Assembly (NCBI GenBank): GCA_046328995.1
Contig: JAXLVN010000001.1
Span: forward strand, 542,593 to 606,592
Source: Candidatus Kapaibacterium sp.
GTDB lineage: Bacteria; Bacteroidota; Ignavibacteria; Kapaibacteriales; UBA961
Length of the DNA stretch: 64,000 nucleotides
Reading direction: 5' to 3'
Position numbers and translations under genes: made by a program. The notes beneath the pieces were generated by a model. The model saw only the letters and a program-made list of their open reading frames with translations. It did no database searches and was not told the origin of the DNA. This document shows positions 9,417-18,506 of this stretch, one piece after another (positions within the stretch are counted from its first letter, which is position 1; the number at the start of each line of letters is the position of its first letter).

Positions 9417-9823
9417 CTTTTGCTACTAAGGTTTTTCGTTTGGACGTTTAACTCTTTTGCTACTGAGGTTTTTCGTTCGGGCGTTTATTTCTTTTGCTAC
9501 TGAGGTTTTTCGTTCGGGCGTTTAACTCTTTTGCTACTGAGGTTTTTCGTTCGGGCGTTTAACTCTTTTGCTACTGAGGTTTTTCGTTCGGGCGTTTATT
9601 TCTTTTGCTACTGAGATTTTTCGTTTGGACGTTTAACTCTTTTGCTGCTGAGGTTTTTCGTTCAGGCGTTTATTTCTTTTGCTACTGAGGTTTTTCGTTC
9701 AGGCGTTTATTTCTTTTGCTACTGAGGTTTTTCGTTTGGACGTTTATTTCTTTTGCTACTGAGGTTTTTCGTTTGGACGTTTATTTCTTTTGCTACTGAG
9801 GTTTTTCGTTTGGACGTATAACC
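9417..9823. repeat. Tandem array of 11 x 37-bp units with no spacers
   Basis: Unit CTTTTGCTACTGAGGTTTTTCGTTCGGGCGTTTAACT starts at 9417 and recurs every 37 bp to 9787. Units differ only by point variants (TTAACTC/TTATTTC, TCGGGCG/TTGGACG/TCAGGCG). Stops occur in all frames. Confidence 0.95.
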
Positions 9824-9922
9824 TCCCTTCTGCCCCAAATCCACCCTATCTCCTACTCTTAAAATATGCTTCCAAATTCACGCATGTTGATAATAACTTA
9901 TTACCAGATTTCACTGGATGTT

Positions 9923-10672
9923 TTATGGATATCCAAGGAGTCCTATCGTCGGCGTGATTTTTTTCTGATTCTCCAGTTGCGTTGGATCGACACTCCACTT
10001 CCCTGCCAGCTTCATGATAAATTCTTCGTCGGGAATGACGAGGCCATTTGTTTCAAAATAATGTTCGTTTTTTGCTTCTTTTGAAAAAGTATTGATGAGG
10101 TGATACTGTTTTTCAAATTCTGTGGGAATACCTTCGATCATAATATTGGCACCATCTTCGCCGGAAAACGAATACACTCTCGTTACTTTTCCGTTCAACG
10201 CTCTTATCCAGCAGTGGAGTTCTACTACTCGATGCGTGCAAAAGTACTGTGCTTCTCCGAACTCAGAACTCATCGCCGATAGTATCTGCTTAATTTCATT
10301 AATACGTTCTTTGCTGTCACCACCACCCGGTAAACCTAGGCCACAGGCGAGAGTCCAGCCATTAATAGGTGGTGTGATATAGACGGCACCTTCATACGCT
10401 TTGTCGATACCTACTCTCCAGTTACATGTTGCTACGTTTTTCAGTTTCAGCATCTCTGCAATCCGTTGTTGGTTACTTGTTTTTACGGCGAACCACATAC
10501 ACTTATAACCAAAGCTAACAGGCGAGTCAGTAATAGTCTGATCAATTTCAACTGTTTGAAGAGATGGCACCGTTGTATTCGAAGCAGATGATTGCCTACG
10601 TTGCTGTTTTGAAAAATAGAGAAATCCTACCAATGCTACGAGCACTATCAAAATTAGTATTTTTGTTGTCAT
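9923..10672 (-). CDS. Hypothetical membrane-anchored protein (duplicate copy 1, module gene A)
   Basis: 249 aa with one N-terminal TM helix. Near-identical paralogue at 12246..12992. Confidence 0.6.
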   Translation of the reverse strand: MTTKILILIVLVALVGFLYFSKQQRRQSSASNTTVPSLQTVEIDQTITDSPVSFGYKCMWFAVKTSNQQRIAEMLKLKNVATCNWRVGIDKAYEGAVYITPPINGWTLACGLGLPGGGDSKERINEIKQILSAMSSEFGEAQYFCTHRVVELHCWIRALNGKVTRVYSFSGEDGANIMIEGIPTEFEKQYHLINTFSKEAKNEHYFETNGLVIPDEEFIMKLAGKWSVDPTQLENQKKITPTIGLLGYP

Positions 10673-10758
10673 AGTCGTATTAAAAAAAATGATAAGAAGG
10701 TCAGTCGTTTAACTTCAATAGTCTTTCATTTATTGAGAGTTGATATTTTTCACGTCAA

Positions 10759-11124
10759 TTATGTATAGTCCGGAGGGCATTCAAGTTTGACAAGTACATT
10801 ATATTCATCAAGTGCATCTTTCGAAATATACTCTTTGTTGATTGCTATAAGATTCAATATAATCGGTGTCAGCGTATCTTGGTCTATCTTGTCTTTGTTA
10901 AGCTCATCGATGAATTTTGTAGATAACTCCGAATTAAGAACATTAGCATTGTCTGGAAGCACACTACAGCCGTAACCGTCAAACGAGATTCGCTTCAAGG
11001 AGATTAATCTGTCACTCGTATAGTTGAAATCCATAAAAATACAACTGTCAAGGCAACCCAGATGAAAGTCTGATTTTCTACTCTCCGGCATTGTTGTTTT
11101 GAAAAAACCAAAATCGTGTGTCAT
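10759..11124 (-). CDS. Hypothetical Cys-containing small protein (duplicate copy 1, module gene B)
   Basis: 121 aa starting MTHDFGFF. The ATG at 11124 overlaps the TGA of the upstream gene (ATGA). Faint NifU/IscU-like pattern (HLGCLDSC...DGYGCS). Paralogue at 13079..13444. Confidence 0.55.
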   Translation of the reverse strand: MTHDFGFFKTTMPESRKSDFHLGCLDSCIFMDFNYTSDRLISLKRISFDGYGCSVLPDNANVLNSELSTKFIDELNKDKIDQDTLTPIILNLIAINKEYISKDALDEYNVLVKLECPPDYT

Positions 11125-11432
11125 TCTATATTCTCTAAAGAGTAATCGCATTCTGCTTGTAATCCTGATTCATACATGCGTTTAAGTATTGATTTGTCCT
11201 TTCCTCCGTAACGTATTCCAGCAATACAAGATACACTCATAGCATTGATTGCTCTTTCAATTTCTTCTTGTGTCTCGGGTTGTTTTTTAAAATAGCAATG
11301 TCCGTAATCGAGTTTGGAATGCTCAATTAAATCCGGTGCTTCGGCTTGTGGTGCGCCGCAGGAAATACAAGCTTGATTGATAACATAAAAGTCACCCGGT
11401 ACATTTTCGGGATACCTATCAATTGCATTCAT
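11121..11432 (-). CDS. Ferredoxin-like small protein (module gene C, single full copy)
   Basis: 103 aa from the ATG at 11432. PGDFYVINQACISCGAPQAEAPDL plus two further Cys (GHCYF, VSCIAG) suggest single-cluster ferredoxin-like ligands. Confidence 0.5.
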   Translation of the reverse strand: MNAIDRYPENVPGDFYVINQACISCGAPQAEAPDLIEHSKLDYGHCYFKKQPETQEEIERAINAMSVSCIAGIRYGGKDKSILKRMYESGLQAECDYSLENIE

Positions 11433-11553
11433 AACATTGTTTCCTTTTTCTATTGTTAATTGATATATACAGGAGTTATCCTTCAGTAACATGGCTATTA
11501 TACCAACATATCGGTCTATAAAGAAGGTAATAAGGTTATATCTGTGCGCTCCA

Positions 11554-12145
11554 CTTTTGCTACTAAGGTTTTTCGTTCGGGCGTTTATTTCTTTTGCTAC
11601 TGAGGTTTTTCGTTCGGGCGTTTAACTCTTTTGCTACTGAGGTTTTTCGTTCGGACGTTTAACTCTTTTGCTGCTGAGGTTTTTCGTTTGGGCGTTTATT
11701 TCTTTTGCTACTGAGGTTTTTCGTTCGGGCGTCTATTTCTTTTGCTACTAAGGTTTTTCGTTCGGACGTTTAACTCTTTTTCTACTGAGGTTCTTCGTTC
11801 GGACGTTTAACTCTTTTGCTACTGAGGTTTTTCGTTCGGGCGATTTTTTCTTTTGCTACTGAGGTTTTTCGTTCGGGCGTTTATTTCTTTTGCTACTGAG
11901 GTTTTTCGTTCGGACGTTTATTTCTTTTGCTACTGAGGTTTTTCGTTCGGGCGTTTAACTCTTTTGCTACTGAGGTTTTTCGTTCGGGCGATTATTTCTT
12001 TTGCTACTGAGGTTTTTCGTTCGGACGTTTAACTCTTTTGCTACTGAGGTTTTTCGTTTGGACGTTTATTTCTTTTGCTACTGAGGTTTTTCGTTCGGGC
12101 GTTTAACTCTTTTGCTACTGAGGTTTTTCGTTCGGGCGTTTAACC
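11554..12145. repeat. Tandem array of 16 x 37-bp units, same family as 9417..9823
   Basis: Units start at 11554 and recur every 37 bp to 12109. Both flanks are the same as for array 1. Confidence 0.95.
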
Positions 12146-12245
12146 TCCCTTCTGCCCCAAATCCACCCTATCTCCTACTCTTAAATTACGATTCCAAATT
12201 CACACAATGTTGATAATAACTTATTACCAGATTTCACTGGATGTT

Positions 12246-12992
12246 TTATGGATATCCAAGGAGTCCTATCGTCGTGATTTTTTTCTGATTCTCCAGTTGC
12301 GTTGGATCGACACTCCACTTCCCTGCCAGCTTCATGATAAATTCTTCGTCGGGAATGACGAGGCCATTTGTTTCAAAATAATGTTCGTTTTTTGCTTCTT
12401 TTGAAAAAGTATTGATGAGGTGATACTGTTTTTCAAATTCCGTGGGAATACCTTCGATCATAATATTGGCACCATCTTCGCCGGAAAACGAATACACTCT
12501 CGTTACTTTTCCTTTCAACGCTCTTATCCAGCAGTGGAGTTCTACTACTCGATGCGTGCAAAAGTACTGTGCTTCTCCGAACTCAGAACTCATCGCCGAT
12601 AGTATCTGCTTAATATCATTAATACGTTCTTTGCTGTCACCACCACCCGGTAAACCTAGGCCACAGGCGAGAGTCCAGCCATTAATAGGTGGTGTGATAT
12701 AGACGGCACCTTCATACGCTTTGTCGATACCTACTCTCCAGTTACATGTTGCTATGTTTTTCAGTTTCAGCATCTCTGCAATCCGTTGTTGGTTACTTGT
12801 TTTTACGGCGAACCACATACACTTATAACCAAAGCTAACAGGCGAATCAGCAATAGTCTGATCAATTTCAACTGTTTGAAGAGATGGCACTGTTGCATTC
12901 GAAGCAGATGATTGCCTACGTTGCTGTTTTGAAAAATAGAGAAATCCTACCAATGCTACGAGCACTATCAAAATTAGTATTTCTGTTGTCAT
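12246..12992 (-). CDS. Hypothetical membrane-anchored protein (duplicate copy 2 of gene A)
   Basis: 248 aa. Differs from copy 1 by six amino-acid substitutions, one codon deletion and three synonymous changes (hand alignment). Confidence 0.6.
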   Translation of the reverse strand: MTTEILILIVLVALVGFLYFSKQQRRQSSASNATVPSLQTVEIDQTIADSPVSFGYKCMWFAVKTSNQQRIAEMLKLKNIATCNWRVGIDKAYEGAVYITPPINGWTLACGLGLPGGGDSKERINDIKQILSAMSSEFGEAQYFCTHRVVELHCWIRALKGKVTRVYSFSGEDGANIMIEGIPTEFEKQYHLINTFSKEAKNEHYFETNGLVIPDEEFIMKLAGKWSVDPTQLENQKKITTIGLLGYP

Positions 12993-13078
12993 AGTCGTAT
13001 TAAAAAAAATGATAAGAAGGTCAGTCGTTTAACTTCAATAGTCTTTCATTTATTGAGAGTTGATATTTTTCACGTCAA

Positions 13079-13444
13079 TTATGTATGGTCCGGAGGGCAT
13101 TCAAGTTTGACAAGTACATTATATTCATCAAGTGCATCTTTCGAAATATACTCTTTGTTGATTGCTATAAGATTCAATATAATCGGTGTCAGCGTATCTT
13201 GGTCTAACTTATCTTTGTTAAGCTCATCGATGAATTTTGTAGATAACTCCGAATTAAGAACATTAGCATTGTCTGGAAGCACACTACAGCCGTAACCGTC
13301 AAACAAGATTCGCTTCAAGGAGATTAATCTGTCACTCGTATAGTTGAAATCCATAAAAATACAACTGTCAAGGCAACCCAGATGAAAGTCTGCTTTTCTA
13401 CTCTCCGGCATTGTCGTTTTGAAAAAACCGAAATCGTGTGTCAT
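13079..13444 (-). CDS. Hypothetical Cys-containing small protein (duplicate copy 2 of gene B)
   Basis: 121 aa. Upstream of it only the last ~12 codons of gene C survive (..KYDYSLKNIE*), preceded by an in-frame TAA. Confidence 0.55.
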   Translation of the reverse strand: MTHDFGFFKTTMPESRKADFHLGCLDSCIFMDFNYTSDRLISLKRILFDGYGCSVLPDNANVLNSELSTKFIDELNKDKLDQDTLTPIILNLIAINKEYISKDALDEYNVLVKLECPPDHT

Positions 13445-13531
13445 TCTATATTCTTCAAAGAGTAATCGTATTTAGTCTGTTATTCTATATAAAACAATCA
13501 TTTACACAATAAAAAACCGTTCAGCTGTACC

Positions 13532-14212
13532 TTATACTGGTTTGTACACTATTGTAACACCGTCACCACAGAAAAATGCAGAATTGTCTTTCTTGTTGAA
13601 TATGATATCTTTATCATGCGAGATTTCCAGTGTCGAATTGTCAAGCCAAATTGCCGAAATACTTTTTCCTTTTTCAGTATAGTACAACTCAGCCCCTCCA
13701 CCATTTTCCCACATCATTAGGCCGTATGTGTGTAGGTATTGTTTATTTGTATCTACTTCATGTACACAGAACTTTTTCTTGTTGTCTGGTGCAACTGCTT
13801 CCACAAGGTCAATGATTTCAGAGTCATTCTTGAGTCTAATTCTCCTTTTGGGATTTTCACGGGGCACCGATATTTTCGTAAGAAACTTGTTGAGAATAGA
13901 CTTCCGTTGTTTTATCATCATTTCATCAGCACCCAGAATTTTCCAGACTTCAAGGTCTTTGTCATTATCGATAATCTCTTTTACGAGTTCGTAAATCCTC
14001 TCGTCCAGTGTTTTAGTATCCCATTGTGCTAAAGCCAGGGCGAATAAACAATTATTTCTGTCATCATGATCGTTGAACATTGCACCAAAATCATCTTGTA
14101 TTTGCTTAGAGATATCCTTAGGACTTTTTCCTTGGTTATATAAGCTGAAGAAGTTTTGATAAATATCTTGAAATGTATCGTTACCTTCAATTGTATTGTT
14201 CCAGGTTCCCAT
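13532..14212 (-). CDS. Hypothetical protein, DUF4259-like N-terminus
   Basis: 226 aa. MGTWNNTIEGNDTFQDIY resembles the MGxWGxGxFxND start of DUF4259. From memory only. Confidence 0.4.
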   Translation of the reverse strand: MGTWNNTIEGNDTFQDIYQNFFSLYNQGKSPKDISKQIQDDFGAMFNDHDDRNNCLFALALAQWDTKTLDERIYELVKEIIDNDKDLEVWKILGADEMMIKQRKSILNKFLTKISVPRENPKRRIRLKNDSEIIDLVEAVAPDNKKKFCVHEVDTNKQYLHTYGLMMWENGGGAELYYTEKGKSISAIWLDNSTLEISHDKDIIFNKKDNSAFFCGDGVTIVYKPV

Positions 14213-14264
14213 ATGAGCTTATGTTTGATTATTTAATAATTTGGTTGATAGCCTATACCCCACC

Positions 14265-16538
14265 CTATCTCCGACTCTTAAAATACGCTTCCAAATTCAT
14301 ACAGGACGATAAATCATCGCTATACTGAGGATAACGAGATTTGAGTTCTTTGTACGTACTGCCTATATTATACCGTGCATACTCTTCCATTCGCAGGCAT
14401 AAGGCCTTGAATTTGTCGGTTTTCGCATTGTCATACGCTAAATGATAATATTGTTGGGCAAGTGTGCCGTTCCTGTATTCAATTTCATCGGTGTAGGATT
14501 CGTTGTTTCCTTCGGTATAATTCGTTGTTGATGAAAATCTCCGCATCATCCAGGAATGACCGTATTGAGTCATATTCATATAACAGGTTGCAATTACAAA
14601 GTAATAGTAATCCCTGTTCTCGGTTTTGGGATTGTTGGCTTTTTCGAGGTACTTGATTAAGTGATTGGTTACCGATAATTTCGTCACCACGTACTTTTCC
14701 TCATGCGGAATAAATGACTGTGTATAGTTGATGTCATAAAACGGATTCTTCTCAAACATATAGTATTCATCGTACTTATCACGTTCCCAAGCATTGTAGT
14801 TTTCCTCCCAATACCGCTTGGAAGCCGACGCAAATGCCTTCTGCGCTGCCAAAAGATTGTTTTCCCGAATATACTTGGTGCCGAGTAAGTCCTTGAGTTG
14901 ATCTTCATCGTGCTCAACCTGATGATAGATAACGTTATAAAAACCATCGTGTTTGGTGGAAGTAAGCGAATTAACCACCGTCTTCACCTCTGCAGCACTA
15001 TACACAAAATCCAGGTATTCAAAATAGTGATAAAAATACTTCAAATTGCCCGATGTTCGCAATCTATTTCCCTGCCACTCGACGGAGTTATTAACTATAG
15101 GTTCATAGTAGTCATCATTACCATACCCATTAGCTACTGACAGCAATGCAACTGCATCGGGAAGATTATTGAGATACTCAAGTTCTCTGCCAATGGCAAA
15201 TATAAAATGTGCATCATGGATGTATTTCAAAATACATGACTTGACTTCATTCTTAATAATTGCCTTCCCGGCTTCCTGATGAGCAATGATGCATAATGCC
15301 TGTATTTTTTCTAGTTCGGGAATGATCTTTTCATGGGCATAGCGTTTTGTAAAAGCATCCACAGCCCGTAAACATGCATCATACTTTCTCGAAATAAACA
15401 AGAGTTGAATCTCGGCTGCTTTCCAGAGTGGTGCATCGATAATCGTCGAAGGATCAACGGATTGCACAAATTCAAGAAGTTGCTGCGCATAGATCCTGTC
15501 TTTTTCTGAACGTGCGCGGAGGGTATGTGTTGAGAGAATGTCGGCATGTTCATAATTCAAACGATCCGAAGCAAACTCCACAGAAGGAAGGTAATTTGTG
15601 TAATACGGTGTATAGACCCAATCTTCAATTTTATTCATTTCCCGCAGGAGTAAGAAGTCGAGAATTCTTGACTTGCCATTCAAATAATATATTTTTTTGA
15701 GGTAGTTCAGAGTAGGTTCTAAGCGCTGCACCGACGCAAATGCATAGACCGCTGCACTATCAGCCGGAGTTGAAGACTCTGTAAGTGCTTTCTCAAGCGT
15801 AAATTGCCGGTGAAAGTAATAATAAGCAGCATACTTTTTTTCTGCCGAATGAGCCATAATATTCGCAATATCAACGCTTCGGTTAGTACTCTCAAACACA
15901 TCAAAATACAAGGCCCAATAGTAGAGATAATCTTTCTTCCCTTGCGCAAAATAGAAGGTAAACAGCGAGTGGATGAGTGCGTAGTCTTGCCCATAATAGG
16001 CAGCGCGGATGGTCAAAAAGGCGTATTTTCTCTTGAGATAGTCACTTTTCTCGGCGAGTGTCAACTTCTGCAATTCAACTAAAAATACTCGATAGTCACG
16101 AACGGGCTGGAGGTTACGTTCCCATTCATCATCGAAATAGGATGTGTTGTACTCTTCACATTTCTTGGCAGTGCGCAGGTAGGCAATCACATCAACGAGT
16201 TTGTTGGCATAGAGATACCGCACGAACTGATTCGATGATTCACTTTGAATATCGGTGTACGTCAAGGTATTCAAGCACGTATTAATCTCATCCAACGCGA
16301 CTTGATTCTTCGTAAAAGCATACCAGTCATAGACATTGGATTCGTATTGATGTTGGTAATAATATCTGTATCCAAACGATGGTGAATTGTAATTAAATGC
16401 ACTGAAATCCTGATAGTTGAAATACTCGGGTAGGAACAACGAGAACCGAATATCCTCACCATACGGAGAATAACCGCAAGAGTACGAGTTCGAAAAATTA
16501 CTTAGTAAAATCGCTAAAAAAACGAGATAGTTCTTCAT
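14265..16538 (-). CDS. Large secreted/lipoprotein of unknown function (Tyr/Asn-rich)
   Basis: 757 aa from the ATG at 16538 (MKNYLVFLAILLSNFSNSYSCG signal/lipobox). No recognisable domain. Overlaps the upstream gene by 41 nt. Confidence 0.6.
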   Translation of the reverse strand: MKNYLVFLAILLSNFSNSYSCGYSPYGEDIRFSLFLPEYFNYQDFSAFNYNSPSFGYRYYYQHQYESNVYDWYAFTKNQVALDEINTCLNTLTYTDIQSESSNQFVRYLYANKLVDVIAYLRTAKKCEEYNTSYFDDEWERNLQPVRDYRVFLVELQKLTLAEKSDYLKRKYAFLTIRAAYYGQDYALIHSLFTFYFAQGKKDYLYYWALYFDVFESTNRSVDIANIMAHSAEKKYAAYYYFHRQFTLEKALTESSTPADSAAVYAFASVQRLEPTLNYLKKIYYLNGKSRILDFLLLREMNKIEDWVYTPYYTNYLPSVEFASDRLNYEHADILSTHTLRARSEKDRIYAQQLLEFVQSVDPSTIIDAPLWKAAEIQLLFISRKYDACLRAVDAFTKRYAHEKIIPELEKIQALCIIAHQEAGKAIIKNEVKSCILKYIHDAHFIFAIGRELEYLNNLPDAVALLSVANGYGNDDYYEPIVNNSVEWQGNRLRTSGNLKYFYHYFEYLDFVYSAAEVKTVVNSLTSTKHDGFYNVIYHQVEHDEDQLKDLLGTKYIRENNLLAAQKAFASASKRYWEENYNAWERDKYDEYYMFEKNPFYDINYTQSFIPHEEKYVVTKLSVTNHLIKYLEKANNPKTENRDYYYFVIATCYMNMTQYGHSWMMRRFSSTTNYTEGNNESYTDEIEYRNGTLAQQYYHLAYDNAKTDKFKALCLRMEEYARYNIGSTYKELKSRYPQYSDDLSSCMNLEAYFKSRR

Positions 16539-17565
16539 GGGTATATTGTGCAAAAGTGCTGTCGTCCAAATCAAATAAACTAACGGTAATATTCTTGTCT
16601 AATGCGACATTCTTCTTAATTATCGAAATGACTTCCGTAATCGCAGCTGCCGGCACATCTTCACATTTCAGCTGATCTCCGGCTTTGAGATAAATGTTAT
16701 AATTAATACTCGTATCACGTTCGACCTGATACCACAAGGGTTTGACCGCCGTCGCAAACTTCTTGACTTCATTCGTACTAATATCCATGAGCCGGATAAA
16801 GCGATTATTCTGATAATGCTGCGTCCAATAAAAAGTCGGCAAGGCGATATCGGTATGTACGGGATAGCTTCGAAACTCATTCAGGTATTTTTTCAATTCC
16901 TCGATATCAAGAATGGAATTTTTGGACTGCTGTGAGAGGGGTTTGATGAGGTTATAGCACATGAGGGTAACTTTATCCACCGGCGGAACACCCATAATAT
17001 CCGGGTACTTGTACGGATAGAGCCGCACTGTACAGCTTATCTTTTTCTTCGATAATTCTTTGATTTTCTTCAGAAGATAGAAGTATTTTTCTTTGGTGGA
17101 TTTGGTCCAGTCGCAGTCTAGTTGAATTTCATCGTAGGAAAATATATTCGCTTTCCCGCCATACAACTCTTCCGAACTATACTTTTGAACAAGATAAACG
17201 ATGTTATCGGCAAGCTTGTCGAGCGATTGTTCATCATTATACGGGAATATTTCATTCTTGATAAATATCGTCGGTACAAAGGTAATCGAATCATAATCCT
17301 TGTAATCATAACCACTTGGTCGATTCTTCGAATACGGAAAATTACCACGGGCTTCACTATAATCGACTTCAAACAATTTGACATAGATTTTCCGAATGCT
17401 GAGGCGGTTAACTTCCTTACTATTTTCAAGCCGAAGCGAACTCTTTTTCCAAAAGTAGAAGGCAGGTTCAACGGTCTCTACTTTCTTGGTGTTTGTACAG
17501 GAAATGAAGCACGTTGCGAGGATGAGCAGGAGGAGGGAATGTTTCACGGGGTAACGATATGTCAT
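16498..17565 (-). CDS. Hypothetical lipoprotein
   Basis: 355 aa with signal peptide and lipobox (CFISC). Forms an operon with 14265..16538. Confidence 0.6.
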   Translation of the reverse strand: MTYRYPVKHSLLLLILATCFISCTNTKKVETVEPAFYFWKKSSLRLENSKEVNRLSIRKIYVKLFEVDYSEARGNFPYSKNRPSGYDYKDYDSITFVPTIFIKNEIFPYNDEQSLDKLADNIVYLVQKYSSEELYGGKANIFSYDEIQLDCDWTKSTKEKYFYLLKKIKELSKKKISCTVRLYPYKYPDIMGVPPVDKVTLMCYNLIKPLSQQSKNSILDIEELKKYLNEFRSYPVHTDIALPTFYWTQHYQNNRFIRLMDISTNEVKKFATAVKPLWYQVERDTSINYNIYLKAGDQLKCEDVPAAAITEVISIIKKNVALDKNITVSLFDLDDSTFAQYTHEELSRFFSDFTK

Positions 17566-17661
17566 AGAGGTTGTGTCTTGATAATGATGATTATTTGTTG
17601 GGTATGAAGTAAGAGTAATTATAAAGAAATTCGCCTTTACGCATGTTGTGTATGAGAGGCT

Positions 17662-18297
17662 TTATGCATCCCAGAATTTTTCATATAATCTAGGACATAA
17701 TTTCTTCATTGTTTCTGGTTTATCATCTTGCCATGTATCTTCTAAACCCGGATATTGTCCTTCTTTTGTTGTAAACTTATCGTTGTCTATATAATCATAC
17801 AAGTCCTTACCGGTTTTATTGTTAAATGCAACAAGCGCAACATACCAAAAACTTTCAAAATCGTAGATCTCTGTATCATCGTTCACTTCGCTGATTAAAC
17901 TGTCCGGGTTTTGTTTCGCTTTGTAATATGTTGACTTGCCTCGAGAAATAACCCAATTTCTAAAATATTCGAACCCATCATCAGAGCATCCACCATTCAT
18001 TAAATACCCGGCGCACCACATTTCTGAAGTATAGGTGTCATAAAGCAACTTGTCTGTTCGTAAGCGAAAACCAACTATTTCTTTTGGAGTCAGATTTTCG
18101 ATTTCTTGTATTAAAACCTGCTCTTGTTCATCTTGATTAGTGAAGTTTTGTAATGACGTATCAATTATTGACCAAAATAAATCTTCGTCCAACATATCTG
18201 CAGTTTCAGCAAGTTCTGAATTTTCAGTATCGGCAGAACTGATTTTCGTATGCTGGGGCGCTTCTTTCTTCCCAAATAGTTTGTCAAATAATCCCAT
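17662..18297 (-). CDS. DUF4240-like protein
   Basis: 211 aa. DEDLFWSIID...EMWCAGYLMNGGCSDDGFEYFRNWVISRGKSTYYKAKQNPDSL matches the DUF4240 pattern as I recall it. Confidence 0.55.
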   Translation of the reverse strand: MGLFDKLFGKKEAPQHTKISSADTENSELAETADMLDEDLFWSIIDTSLQNFTNQDEQEQVLIQEIENLTPKEIVGFRLRTDKLLYDTYTSEMWCAGYLMNGGCSDDGFEYFRNWVISRGKSTYYKAKQNPDSLISEVNDDTEIYDFESFWYVALVAFNNKTGKDLYDYIDNDKFTTKEGQYPGLEDTWQDDKPETMKKLCPRLYEKFWDA

Positions 18298-18340
18298 TTA
18301 ATATCCTTTTTAGAACAATGATTTGTAAAGCTATGTACTT

Positions 18341-18473
18341 ATATTTTCAGTAGATTCGGTTTTATAAACGGATTGTAAACACTTGCCGCTGAGACGTTTG
18401 CACGTTGATTGATAAGTATGTTTCTTAGAATATGTTTGTCGGGCAAATTTAAAAACTGCACGGACTGGAAATT
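18341..18473. repeat. Cassette-junction repeat, copy A (outlier, partly degenerate)
   Basis: Contains GTAAACACTTGCCGCTGAGACGTTTGCACGTTGA ... GTCGGGCAAATTTAAAAACTGCACGGACTGGAAAT. Same order and orientation as the 24.6-31.1 kb copies. The main hairpin is broken. Confidence 0.65.
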
Positions 18474-18506
18474 CATCTTTGCATTGCTACAGGATTCCAA
18501 TCCAAT

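Noticed and set aside
9417-12145. The 37-bp repeat arrays considered as CRISPR arrays (or guide-RNA arrays with variable segments)
   Set aside because: Units abut each other with no unique spacers. Differences between units are a handful of recurrent point variants. No cas-like or other nuclease gene is adjacent.
17118-17607. ORFs 17122..17607(+) and 17118..17471(-)
   Set aside because: They are alternative-frame or antisense ORFs inside the 355-aa lipoprotein gene in AT-rich DNA. Their composition is Arg/Ile-rich and junk-like.
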